The translations under genes were made by a program, and so were the position numbers. A stretch of DNA of 32,000 nucleotides from Synechococcus sp. A15-28 (GTDB lineage: Bacteria > Cyanobacteriota > Cyanobacteriia > PCC-6307 > Cyanobiaceae). Below the pieces are notes generated by a model. The model was not told where the DNA came from. It did not search any database and saw only the letters and a list, made by a program, of their open reading frames with translations. This document shows positions 17,681 to 26,799 of the stretch, in pieces. The stretch's first letter is position 1, and every line of letters begins with the position of its first letter. Where the stretch lies: contig NZ_CP047931.1 in the NCBI RefSeq assembly GCF_014280175.1, forward strand, positions 240,001-272,000, given 5' to 3'.

Positions 17681-19156
17681 ATGGGTGCCACCCCGCTTGC
17701 CGACAACGTTCTCACCGACCGTCTGCTGCGGAGCTGGCTGCGTTGCCGCCGCAAGGCCTGGCTCGATCGTTATGGGGATTCGTCCCTGCGTCAGTGGACG
17801 GCGCACCGCAATCTCCTGCTGGATGATCAGCAGCGCTGCTTCGTGGCGCTTCTGCCCCAGAAGCCTGGCCGAGGTGAGGCGGCCTGCGCTGCGGGGGCGG
17901 ATGGCGTTGTCGGCCTGCGATTGAAGGGTGAAGGACCCGGCGGAGAAGCCCTGGAAGCGCACCCGCCTCTGCTGCTGCGGGTGAAAGGCACCAGCCGTTG
18001 GGGACCTTTTGCATACCAGCCGGTGCTGGCGCGTCAGGGCCGTCGCATGACGCGGGAACACCAGCTGCCCCTGGCGCTGATGGCTCTGCTGCTGGAGCAG
18101 GAGCAGCAGGCGCCGGTGACCGAGATGCTTGTGGTCGGTGGCGGAGGCCGTCGTCTCGAGCGGGACCGTGTTGGTCTGTCCGCTGGACTCCGCAAGCAAC
18201 TGGGGGATGCGTTGCGCAAGCTGCGGCTGGATCTGCAGCGGCTGGAGCCGCCCGATCTGGCAGCGGACCGCCGCAAGTGCACTCTCTGCAGTTGGCGCCA
18301 GGTCTGCAACGGCGTCGCATCCCGAGAAGGTCACCTCAGCGAGGTGAGCGGCATCGGAGCCAAGCGTCGGGAGATGCTCCAGGAGCTCAATGTGCACGGT
18401 CTCGCTGATCTGGCGGCAGCCAACCCGGAGCAGTTGGCCACCGCGATGGAGCGCTTCGGTGAACAGCACGGCGATGTCGCCCGCAGCCTGGTGGCCCAGG
18501 CCCGCTGCCAGCGCAGTGGCCTGCCGGAACGGCTCAGCAGCACTCCGGCTCTGCCGGAACTGACATCGGCTCCGGGTGCGCTGCTTTACGACATCGAGTC
18601 CGACCCGGACGCCCGCCACGACTTCCTGCATGGCTTCTGGTGCCTGCCACGTGGCGGGGATGGAGGTTGGGATCCGGCAGCGGCGCGATATCAGCCCCTG
18701 CTGGTGTTGGCGGGCCATGGTGAGCCCCGCAGCTGGCAACGGATCGCTCGCTACATCGGGCGTTACAGCGACTGGCCGGTGCTTCATTACGGCGAAACCG
18801 AATCGCTGGCCCTGTTGCGGATGGCGCAGCGGCAAGGCGTCTCTGAGAGGCATCAGGCCCGGTTACGACGGCGCCTGGTGGATGTCCATGCCCGAATCCG
18901 CCAGCACTGGCGTTTACCTCTCAGCAGCTATGGCTTGAAGTCTGTGGCGGCCTGGCGTGGCTTTCAGTGGAGCCAGAGCGGTGTGGACGGTGCCCATGCC
19001 CTGCTCTGGTGGCGCCATTGGCAGGGGGAAGGACCCGATCGACGCGGCAGTTCCTATGCCCTGCGTTGGATTTTTCAGTACAACCGCGACGATTGCCGTG
19101 CTACGTGGGCCGTCGCCGACTGGCTTCGGCGTCAAGATCAGGAGGCTGGGGCCTGA
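17681..19156 (+). CDS. TM0106-type RecB-like putative nuclease with Cys cluster, helix-hairpin-helix-like and C-terminal RNase H-like domain
   Basis: SWLRCRRKAWLDRYGD; CTLCSWRQVC; HLSEVSGIGAKRREMLQELNVHGLADL; LLYDIESDP...YNRDDCRATWAVADWL. Confidence 0.8.
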   Translation: MGATPLADNVLTDRLLRSWLRCRRKAWLDRYGDSSLRQWTAHRNLLLDDQQRCFVALLPQKPGRGEAACAAGADGVVGLRLKGEGPGGEALEAHPPLLLRVKGTSRWGPFAYQPVLARQGRRMTREHQLPLALMALLLEQEQQAPVTEMLVVGGGGRRLERDRVGLSAGLRKQLGDALRKLRLDLQRLEPPDLAADRRKCTLCSWRQVCNGVASREGHLSEVSGIGAKRREMLQELNVHGLADLAAANPEQLATAMERFGEQHGDVARSLVAQARCQRSGLPERLSSTPALPELTSAPGALLYDIESDPDARHDFLHGFWCLPRGGDGGWDPAAARYQPLLVLAGHGEPRSWQRIARYIGRYSDWPVLHYGETESLALLRMAQRQGVSERHQARLRRRLVDVHARIRQHWRLPLSSYGLKSVAAWRGFQWSQSGVDGAHALLWWRHWQGEGPDRRGSSYALRWIFQYNRDDCRATWAVADWLRRQDQEAGA

Positions 19157-19935
19157 AAGGCCGCTGGTGTCGCCAGAATCACAGCTTGATCGGCCGGCCC
19201 CTGCAAGGACGGAAGATCAAGGAACTGCCGACGCACCAGAGCCAGCCCCAGCGTGCCTTCGGGAGTGTTGAGGGCACTGGTGATGGTGCCGGCACGATCG
19301 GAGCCAACCTTGAGCTGATCGCCGGGTTGCAGGGGCTGGTCGCTGCGCCAGCAGCGCAGCTGTTGCTTCACACCTCCCTTGCCGGTGAGCTTGGCCATGG
19401 TCTCCTGACCCAGGTAGCAGCCTTTGTCGAGGCTGATGCGGTTGGTGAGACCCAACTCCAGGGGGTTCGTCTCACCATTCATTTCTTCCGGACCGGGTGG
19501 AAAGCCCTGTTGGAGGCGATGGCGTTCGAGAGCATCGTTCTCCAGGCGGAGGGATCCATGCAGTTCCTCAGGTAACGGCTGGTCGTCGCCGACCCAGAAC
19601 GCCGGACCGGCAGGATCAAGGCCCTGCAGGCGCCGCTGAAGACTGGACGTGCCCAGCCGGACCCGATCGGCGGGAAAGATCACCTGATCGAAGCCGCGGC
19701 GGACGGCCTCTGCATCTCCCGCCAGCACGAGGACATCGGCACCTGTGGCGTCAAGTCGGAGCTCCAGCAGAGCCCGAAGCCGCCCCGTTGCCGTGAGCCA
19801 GCAGCTCTGCTGCAGGACTCCTGCCATCAGGCCTGAGAGATCAGCGGTGGTCTGCCCCTGCAGAAAGTCCTTGGCACCCATGCCCTCCAGCCGCAGCAGA
19901 GGAAAGGTTTGGTCCCAGTGGATGGTGGTCGTCAT
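19138..19935 (-). CDS. YgfZ/GcvT-like (CAF17/IBA57) folate-binding protein
   Basis: FLQGQTTADLSGL; LTNRISLDKGCYLGQETMAKLTGKGGVKQQLRCW (KGCYxGQE signature). Confidence 0.92.
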   Translation of the reverse strand: MTTTIHWDQTFPLLRLEGMGAKDFLQGQTTADLSGLMAGVLQQSCWLTATGRLRALLELRLDATGADVLVLAGDAEAVRRGFDQVIFPADRVRLGTSSLQRRLQGLDPAGPAFWVGDDQPLPEELHGSLRLENDALERHRLQQGFPPGPEEMNGETNPLELGLTNRISLDKGCYLGQETMAKLTGKGGVKQQLRCWRSDQPLQPGDQLKVGSDRAGTITSALNTPEGTLGLALVRRQFLDLPSLQGPADQAVILATPAAFQAPAS

Positions 19936-20540
19936 CAGCTGAGCTCCCGGGCGCAGTTGGACACCTCCGTCAGACGGAACAGGCTCACCAGGTCCAGGCC
20001 TGCCGCTGCCATGGCTTTGGCTCCTCCCTCTTCGCGGTCCACGATCGTGATCACTCTGTTGACCACATAGCCGGCTTCCTGCAGTTGATGCACGGCTTTC
20101 AGGGACGAGCCACCGGTGGTGACCACGTCCTCCAGCACAGTGATCAGAGCACCCTTCTGCGGCAAAGGACCCTCGAGCCAGGCGCCGGTGCCATGACCCT
20201 TGGCCTGTTTCCGCACGATCAAGGCATCCAGTGATCGATTCGCCAGGGCCGCCGCCATCGCGACACCACTGACAAGCGGGTCGGCACCGAGGGTCAGTCC
20301 TGCCACAGCAACCGCCTGAGCATCGACGTGATCAAGCATGGCTCTGCTGATCAGAGCCAGACCGGATCCGCTCAAGCTCACCGGTTTGCAATTCACGTAG
20401 TGCTCGCTCTCCCGTCCTGAGGCCAGCGTGAATTGACCATGGCGGTATGCCACCCGTGCCAGTCGCTCCAACAGACTGCGTCGGGCGTCGTCGTCGAAGC
20501 GGAACGCTGAGGTCATGGGACTGGCCGCACACACGAACAT
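19935..20540 (-). CDS. pyrE: orotate phosphoribosyltransferase
   Basis: [24 protein letters not shown]; [16 protein letters not shown]; [18 protein letters not shown]; [20 protein letters not shown]. Alternative start MTSAFRF at 20516. Confidence 0.95.
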   Translation of the reverse strand: MFVCAASPMTSAFRFDDDARRSLLERLARVAYRHGQFTLASGRESEHYVNCKPVSLSGSGLALISRAMLDHVDAQAVAVAGLTLGADPLVSGVAMAAALANRSLDALIVRKQAKGHGTGAWLEGPLPQKGALITVLEDVVTTGGSSLKAVHQLQEAGYVVNRVITIVDREEGGAKAMAAAGLDLVSLFRLTEVSNCARELS

Positions 20541-20571
20541 TCCTTAGTTTGCGATTAGCGGTGCTGAGCTC

Positions 20572-21111
20572 TTGAGATCCAGAACCCTGTGGTCTGCCCG
20601 TTGGCTGCTGGGCCTGGCTGTGGCCGGTGTTTCAACCGTGTTAGGCCCTATGGCTGCAGGCCCTGTGGTCTGCACGACAACGCTTGAAGCGCCAGACCTG
20701 TCGTCAGAGGTGATGGAGCCGGTTGAGGTCACCACATGTGCCCCGGTGGAGACCACCAGTGAGCTGGTGCAGCGTCGCCTCTACACCTGGACCGCTCCCT
20801 ACGAACGCGGCGTTGATCTGGTGCATCAGATCTCCGATCTGTTCGGGATTGCGGTGGCGGGTGATGGCGGTACCCGGGTCATGGGTCTGGGATTCCCGGA
20901 TCAGACCATCATCTGGGACGCCGCTGCCAGCAGCTCCACCACCCGGGCGCTGCTCGAGGAGCAAACCCCCGCACGCCCCTTGAGAACACGAGATCTGACC
21001 AACGGTTTCAACAGCAGCCTTGCCTTGAAGAGCGTTGATCTCGACCAGACCATGGATCCCGATCCGGTGTTTGCTGAACCTGATCTCGCGCCGCTGCAAC
21101 CCCTGTGGTAA
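20572..21111 (+). CDS. hypothetical protein with N-terminal hydrophobic (signal-like) segment
   Basis: MRSRTLWSARWLLGLAVAGVSTVLGPMAAGPVVC...; plausible ORF between pyrE (opposite strand) and a tRNA; no family recognised. Confidence 0.6.
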   Translation: MRSRTLWSARWLLGLAVAGVSTVLGPMAAGPVVCTTTLEAPDLSSEVMEPVEVTTCAPVETTSELVQRRLYTWTAPYERGVDLVHQISDLFGIAVAGDGGTRVMGLGFPDQTIIWDAAASSSTTRALLEEQTPARPLRTRDLTNGFNSSLALKSVDLDQTMDPDPVFAEPDLAPLQPLW

Positions 21112-21126
21112 CAATCGTGATGTTCA

Positions 21127-21199
21127 GGGGGTCTAGCAATCTGGTGAATGCAGCGAACTCATAATTCGCCTAAGGCGAGTTCGATCCTCGCGACCCCCA
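21127..21199 (+). tRNA. tRNA with CAT anticodon (elongator Met or lysidine-type Ile2; not initiator fMet); no encoded CCA
   Basis: 73-nt cloverleaf: acceptor GGGGGTC/GACCCCC + A; D-arm GCA...TGC with GG; anticodon stem GCGAA/TTCGC, loop CTCATAA; variable CTAAG; T-arm GCGAG-TTCGATC-CTCGC. Confidence 0.93.
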
Positions 21200-21212
21200 T
21201 TCCCTTCGATTG

Positions 21213-22496
21213 ATGCGGCTGCCACTGCTGGCCCTGCTTCTGCTGTTGCCGGCTTTCTTCGCCGCGGCAGAGGTTTCCCTCCTGCGACTGCGACCCAGTC
21301 GTGTTGATGTGCTGGTGGAGGAGGGCAAGGCCGGAGCGGCCTCCATTCATCGGTTGCAGCGTCGCCTGCGCCGTGCCCTGATGCTCTCTCAGTTCGGAGC
21401 GACGTTGGCCCTCGTGGCTCTGGGCTGGGCAGGTCGCGGGCTGGGATTGCGGCTTTGGCCTGACGGGACCGAAGGGGTGGTCTGGCTGGATACCAGCCTG
21501 TTCCTGGGGCTGGTGCTGTCAGCAACCCTTTTGGCTGGATTGCTGCCCAAGGCCTGGGTGCTGAGTCGGCCGGAACCTGCCGCTCTGCGCCTGGCTCCCC
21601 TGCTGGAGATGGCGATGCGTTGTCTGTCGCCGCTGCTCAACCTGCTCGAGGGTCTTGCGGCCGTCTTGCTGCGGTTGGTGGGCTTGACGCCGAAATGGGA
21701 TGAACTGGTGCCTGCCCTCTCCGCCGGAGAGCTGGAAACCCTGGTGGAATCCGGACGTGTCACGGGTCTTTTCCCTGATGAACGCAGCATCCTCGAGGGT
21801 GTGTTTGCGTTGCGCGATACGCAGGTCAGGGAAGTGATGGTGCCCAGGTCCGGGATGGTGACGCTGTCTGTCGATGTCCGCTTCGCCGAGATGATGGAAG
21901 CCGTCCATCACACACGCCACGCTCGATTCCCGGTGATCGGGCAGTCCCTCGATGACGTGCGCGGTGTGTTGGATCTGCGGAGGATGGCTGAACCGATTGC
22001 CCGGGGAGAGCTGCGGGCTGATTCACTCTTGGAGCCCTATCTCCAGCCGGCTGTACGGGTGCTGGAGACCAGCACCCTGGCGGAGCTGCTACCGATGATC
22101 CGCAGTGGTCAGCCGCTGTTGCTGGTGGTGGATGAACACGGCGGCACGGAGGGCCTCGTAACAGCTGCGGATCTCAACGGAGAAATCGTTGGAGATGACC
22201 TCCAGGAGGACACCAAAGAGCCTGAGCTGCAGGAGGATGAGGATCAGCCTGGGGCTTGGCTGGCGGCCGGTGATCTTGAAATCTTTGAACTGAACCGGCA
22301 GTTGGAACTGGACTTGCCGGAAGCCGATGATCACCACACCCTGGCCGGGTTCCTGCTGGAACGCCTGCAACACATTCCCTCCCCTGGGGAAGCTCTGCGT
22401 TTCAACGGCTTGCAGTTTGAGATCACCGCCATGGCTGGGCCTCGGATAGAACGCGTCCGACTGGTCCTTCCGGATGCGTCCGAAGAAGAGGGCTGA
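21213..22496 (+). CDS. CorC/HlyC-like (UPF0053) membrane protein with CNNM-type TM region, CBS domains and CorC_HlyC C-terminus
   Basis: N-terminal hydrophobic helices; ILEGVFALRDTQVREVMVPRSGMVTLS; HTRHARFPVIGQSLDDVRGVLDLR; QPLLLVVDEHGGTEGLVTAADLNGEIVGD; DHHTLAGFLLERLQHIPSPGE. Confidence 0.92.
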   Translation: MRLPLLALLLLLPAFFAAAEVSLLRLRPSRVDVLVEEGKAGAASIHRLQRRLRRALMLSQFGATLALVALGWAGRGLGLRLWPDGTEGVVWLDTSLFLGLVLSATLLAGLLPKAWVLSRPEPAALRLAPLLEMAMRCLSPLLNLLEGLAAVLLRLVGLTPKWDELVPALSAGELETLVESGRVTGLFPDERSILEGVFALRDTQVREVMVPRSGMVTLSVDVRFAEMMEAVHHTRHARFPVIGQSLDDVRGVLDLRRMAEPIARGELRADSLLEPYLQPAVRVLETSTLAELLPMIRSGQPLLLVVDEHGGTEGLVTAADLNGEIVGDDLQEDTKEPELQEDEDQPGAWLAAGDLEIFELNRQLELDLPEADDHHTLAGFLLERLQHIPSPGEALRFNGLQFEITAMAGPRIERVRLVLPDASEEEG

Positions 22497-22533
22497 AGCC
22501 AGATAACCTGCCTCCAATCACCCCGGTCTGTCG

Positions 22534-23541
22534 ATGTCTGCCGACCCCATGCGTCCGGTCAAGGTCGGGGTCATCGGCATTGGAAACATGGGTTGGCACC
22601 ACGCCAGGGTGCTGAGTCTGCTGAAAGACGCCGAACTTGTCGGTGTGGCGGATCTCGATGGCGATCGCGGTGCCTTGGCGGTGGAGCAATTCGGCTGCCG
22701 CTGGTTCGCTGACTACCGCACGATGCTCAGCGAGGTGGAAGCGGTTTGCATTGCCGTGCCCACCCTGCTGCATCACCCCGTTGGTCTGGCCTGCCTCGAG
22801 GCGGGGTTGCATGTGTTGATCGAAAAGCCGATCGCCGCCAGCCAGGACGAGGCCACCGCACTGATCGAAGCGGCCAGCGAGGCGGGCCGTCTGCTGCAGG
22901 TGGGTCATATCGAGAGGTTCAACCCCGCCTTTCGTGAACTCACCAAGGTGGTGGCCAATGAGGAGGTGGTGGTGCTCGAGGGGCGTCGCCACAGCCCCCA
23001 CTCCGATCGGGCCAACGATGTGTCGGTGGTGCTGGATCTGATGATCCATGACATCGATCTCGTGCTGGAACTGGCGAAGGCACCGGTGGTGCGGCTTGCC
23101 GCCGCCGGTGGTCGCAGTGCCGAGGGCCCGATCGATTACGTCAATGCTACCCTGGGTTTCGAGAACGGTGTAGTGGCCAGCCTCACGGCCAGCAAGATGA
23201 GCCACCGCAAAATCCGCAGCCTGAGTGCCCACTGCCGTTCCAGCTTGGTGGAGACCGATTTTCTCAATCACACTCTGCACATCCATCGGCGCGCCCATGA
23301 GTGGTATTCCGCCGACCACGGTGAGCTGCTTTATCGCAATGACGGCTTCATTGAAGAGGTGAGCACCACCTCGATTGAACCGCTCTACGCCGAGCTGGAG
23401 CACTTCCTGCAGTGCGTGCGCGGCCGGGAAACCCCTGCCGTGGATGGTCTGCAGGCCTCGCGAGCGCTGAGGCTGGCGGACCTGATCGAGCAGGCGGTAG
23501 AGCATCCGGATACCGGTGCGCCCCTGCTGGCACCGATCTGA
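22534..23541 (+). CDS. Gfo/Idh/MocA-family NAD(P)-dependent oxidoreductase
   Basis: VKVGVIGIGNMGWHHARVLS; HVLIEKPIA; LLQVGHIERFNPAF; LMIHDIDLVLELA. Confidence 0.93.
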   Translation: MSADPMRPVKVGVIGIGNMGWHHARVLSLLKDAELVGVADLDGDRGALAVEQFGCRWFADYRTMLSEVEAVCIAVPTLLHHPVGLACLEAGLHVLIEKPIAASQDEATALIEAASEAGRLLQVGHIERFNPAFRELTKVVANEEVVVLEGRRHSPHSDRANDVSVVLDLMIHDIDLVLELAKAPVVRLAAAGGRSAEGPIDYVNATLGFENGVVASLTASKMSHRKIRSLSAHCRSSLVETDFLNHTLHIHRRAHEWYSADHGELLYRNDGFIEEVSTTSIEPLYAELEHFLQCVRGRETPAVDGLQASRALRLADLIEQAVEHPDTGAPLLAPI

Positions 23542-23556
23542 TCACCCCGACGCGGA

Positions 23557-26500
23557 TCAGACCAGCCCTTCCTGTTCGGCCAGTTCCCGCAATGCCGCCA
23601 CCTGCCAACGGCGGCACTCAATGGGTGATGCCTTATAGAACTGCGTCCAGGCTCGGGCCTTGTGCTGGCTGTAGCTCGATGCGGTCAAGGCGGGATGGGT
23701 TTGTTGCCAGCCCACTCGCACGGCGTGGCCGATCACCACATCCAAGGCCAGATCGTCGTCGAACTGCACCTCGGGATTGGCTTCCACGAAAGCCATCAAG
23801 GACAAAAGGCACTCCGTGCAGAGCTGCCGGTACTCGGGCGCCTGGATGCGACTGAGCAGGTGCTCCACCAATGTGGCGAAGTTCTTTTCCCCCGCTGTCT
23901 TCTCGAGGATCAGGCGGCTGTTCAGTCGATTGCGGCGTTCCAGCTTGTCGCCGATCACAAGGCCGCGGCAGTGCTGCAGCAGCGACCAGATGCCGGCATA
24001 GAAATCTCTGGGCACCTTCTGCAGAGACCCCAGGCGGATGCGGTGCTGAAGCCAGTCGCCACCGCTGGGGGGCTGGTCGAGGGGATCCGGCACCCTCCAC
24101 TGCACTCGGCCGGTGACATGCAGCTGCTCTCCGCGCTGCAGTGCCGCCCGGGCGTGCTCAACATCGCTGAGCAGTTGCCTGAGCCGATCCCGGATCAGAT
24201 GCGGTGAGCTGCTGCATAACGCTTCAAAGGCCTCGTCCTGGCTGAGCTGCTGCTCCGCCGCCAGTTCAGAGGTGAGCAGCAGCAGCAGTTGGCTGAGTTG
24301 CAGGGTGAGGATCCCTTTCAGCAATCCGGGATCGCGCCGGGCCACGCCGTCCAGGGCCAGCAGCAGCTCCTGTTCCAGCATCCGCTCGCGGCCATCCACC
24401 CCGCTGGTCCGTGCAATCCGTTCGGCGATGGCGCTGCTGTCCAGCGGATGGCTGAGCCGTGCATCGGCGCTGTAGTTCCGGCCCACGACCACTTGTTTCT
24501 GACGCACCAACAGATCGGTCAGGGCGTCTTCCAGCTGAGGATGGACCATGCCCATCGCACCGGCGCAGCGCCGCACCACACTCCAGTCCTGGCAGCGCAG
24601 TCCGCGGTGATACACCTCCTCGAGCAATTGTTGAATCGTCACGCTGCGGCCCTGCGGACTGGTCTCGATGGCGCTGGCTCCGAAGCGTCGTTGCAATAGA
24701 TCGAGAACGTCGGCCTGTTCATGCAGGGACTGGGTGTCCCACAACCGTGTCCGCAGAACGTCAGCATCGGTTTCATCGAGCTCCTGTTCTTCGGCGGCGG
24801 TGAGATCGCGCAGGTCGGTGGCCTCCTGGAGCAGATCGGATCGCTTCCGCTCGAGGGCCGACGGGTTGTTGTCATCGTCGGCGTACCCCTCTCGCAAGGG
24901 CACCCAACGGGCCTGCCTGGCCAGCTGACTCAGCCGGTCGAACTGCACAGGAATCTCCCCGATACGACCCGTGAGCAGCGTTTGTCCCAGCTGCAGGAAC
25001 ACCTCGGGGTGATGCTGGAACGATTCAGCGTTGATGGGAATCAGCAGCAGTGGGAGCCCAGGGCCTCGCCAGTGCCGCCTCAGCAGATGGAGTTCATCCA
25101 CCACGCTGTCCTCCAGCTGAAGTGGATCGTCGGCCAGATAGCTGATGCTGTCTTCCAGCACCGCCGCCGTGAAGGCCAGGGTCTGTTCCCCCTGGCGGTA
25201 GAGCCGTGCCGAGTCCTCGGTTTCAATGCGCTGCAGGGGTTTGCCACTCAAGCCGAGCCTCGCGTTGGCCCCGATGCAGCACCATTGGGCTGCCAGAGCA
25301 TCCGAGGGCTGGATGGTGATCTCGTCACCCCTGTCCAGCGGCAGTCCGGCATCGATCAGAGCCTGTCGAACGGAGGCCGTTTCGGCTGCAAAAGCCACGA
25401 GCACCGCATCAGTTCCGAGCCCCTGGGCGTTTCGCCGTTCGCAGGGATCGAGATCCTCAGGGGTGATCAATCCCTCCAGCAGCATTTCGCCAAGCCAGGC
25501 CAGACTTTGGGTCCAGATCAGCGGAAGATTGCTGTTGGCCTGACGAGGTTGGCTGCCTGGCCTGCTCCGTTCCGCCTCGACCCGGTCGGCGGCCACTTGA
25601 TACAGCTCGGGATAGAGCGCTTCCCCATCCCGATGCACGGCCAGGGCTGTTAGTTTGTTCTGCCAGGTGCGGGCGTCCTGCCAGCGTTCCTCGCAGCAGG
25701 CGGTCACCAGTTCAAAAGCCAGAAACAGGGGCCACTCCGATTCAATCCCTTCGAACTGGGCCAGCTCCTCCGGTTCGTAGTGGAGACGATTGACGTCTTC
25801 CACGGCGGTCTGATGGCCGTCCCGAAGAAAACGCTTGTAGCCATAGGCGCCGCCCAGTTCCCGTCGCACCCGTCGCAGAGTTCGCTGCACCAGGTCCCGG
25901 TCCTCGATGGCCCAGGCCGGGAAGCCCACCACGGACAGGCAGGCGCTGTCGGCTTCCTTGCTGGAGGATTCCCGCGGCAGCAGGCTCTCCAGGGCCCGCC
26001 GCAGACGGACCACAGCCCCCTGGGGAATCAGCAGCTGGCACGACCCATCGCCATGGACCCCGAATAGGTCCAGGTCCTCCAGGGCTTCCAGGGCGGCCTT
26101 CGCCATGCCGATGGAGCTGGAATTGCGCTCCGGCTTGCCGTTGTTTCCCTTGTCACCCCGTTCCCAGATGCCGTAGTCGGGGGTCCGATACGCCCGGGCG
26201 ACGTAATACACCAGGTTCTGGATGAAATCCACCTCATCCCGGCTCTGGATCACCGTGCAGCCACCGCGGGTGAGTTGAGCCAGCTGCAGCAGAAAGAGAG
26301 AGGTGGCATCGAGCTGGAGATGTCCCCATGCGTCATCTGCCACCACCGGATCACCGCTGCTGCTGTCGTATTTCGCGTGCAGAGCGTCGAGGGGGTCGAG
26401 GCTGACCTTGAAGCGCTCCACTTTGTTGGCCTGCCGCAGCATGGCCCGCAGCAATCCCCGCATCAGGGCGATCACCCGTTGCTCCAGCTCCCAGGCCCGC

Positions 26501-26751
26501 CGATCGTGGGAGCCACGGCGGCGACGGTGTGCCAGGGCCAGGGCCCAGACGCACTGCACGGAGTACACACAGTCCCGCACCCAGGCATCGCCGTAGTTGC
26601 CGTGAACGGTGTGGGCCGTGCTGGCGGGCAGCAACCCGCTGACGGGGTCCTGGCGCTGCAGCACCACTTGCTCGATCGAATGATCGAGACGCTCCAGGAT
26701 GTTGTCCCGCTGATCCTGATCCGGTTGGGTCTGTGTTGCCGTCACCACCAT
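23557..26751 (-). CDS. glycoside hydrolase family 15 / phosphorylase b kinase regulatory subunit-like protein
   Basis: HGNYGDAWVRDCVYSVQCVWALALAHRRR; NGKPERNSSSIGMAKAALEAL; NRLHYEPEELAQFEGIESEWPLFLAFEL; SLAWLGEMLLEGLITPEDLDP. Start could be MVVTATQ (26751) or MENLEAV (26784). Confidence 0.8.
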   Translation of the reverse strand: MVVTATQTQPDQDQRDNILERLDHSIEQVVLQRQDPVSGLLPASTAHTVHGNYGDAWVRDCVYSVQCVWALALAHRRRRGSHDRRAWELEQRVIALMRGLLRAMLRQANKVERFKVSLDPLDALHAKYDSSSGDPVVADDAWGHLQLDATSLFLLQLAQLTRGGCTVIQSRDEVDFIQNLVYYVARAYRTPDYGIWERGDKGNNGKPERNSSSIGMAKAALEALEDLDLFGVHGDGSCQLLIPQGAVVRLRRALESLLPRESSSKEADSACLSVVGFPAWAIEDRDLVQRTLRRVRRELGGAYGYKRFLRDGHQTAVEDVNRLHYEPEELAQFEGIESEWPLFLAFELVTACCEERWQDARTWQNKLTALAVHRDGEALYPELYQVAADRVEAERSRPGSQPRQANSNLPLIWTQSLAWLGEMLLEGLITPEDLDPCERRNAQGLGTDAVLVAFAAETASVRQALIDAGLPLDRGDEITIQPSDALAAQWCCIGANARLGLSGKPLQRIETEDSARLYRQGEQTLAFTAAVLEDSISYLADDPLQLEDSVVDELHLLRRHWRGPGLPLLLIPINAESFQHHPEVFLQLGQTLLTGRIGEIPVQFDRLSQLARQARWVPLREGYADDDNNPSALERKRSDLLQEATDLRDLTAAEEQELDETDADVLRTRLWDTQSLHEQADVLDLLQRRFGASAIETSPQGRSVTIQQLLEEVYHRGLRCQDWSVVRRCAGAMGMVHPQLEDALTDLLVRQKQVVVGRNYSADARLSHPLDSSAIAERIARTSGVDGRERMLEQELLLALDGVARRDPGLLKGILTLQLSQLLLLLTSELAAEQQLSQDEAFEALCSSSPHLIRDRLRQLLSDVEHARAALQRGEQLHVTGRVQWRVPDPLDQPPSGGDWLQHRIRLGSLQKVPRDFYAGIWSLLQHCRGLVIGDKLERRNRLNSRLILEKTAGEKNFATLVEHLLSRIQAPEYRQLCTECLLSLMAFVEANPEVQFDDDLALDVVIGHAVRVGWQQTHPALTASSYSQHKARAWTQFYKASPIECRRWQVAALRELAEQEGLV

Positions 26752-26799
26752 GACCCGCCTTGTCACCGCTTCTAAATTCTCCAATGCAGCCCTTCGGCG

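Noticed and set aside
17495-18853. 452-aa minus-strand ORF opposite the TM0106-like nuclease
   Set aside because: Composition typical of antisense GC-rich sequence; the plus-strand product has coherent domain motifs.
17681-19156. Possible Cas4 / CRISPR association
   Set aside because: RecB/Cas4-like Cys motif only; no repeat arrays or other cas genes were seen, and the domain layout fits the TM0106-type family.
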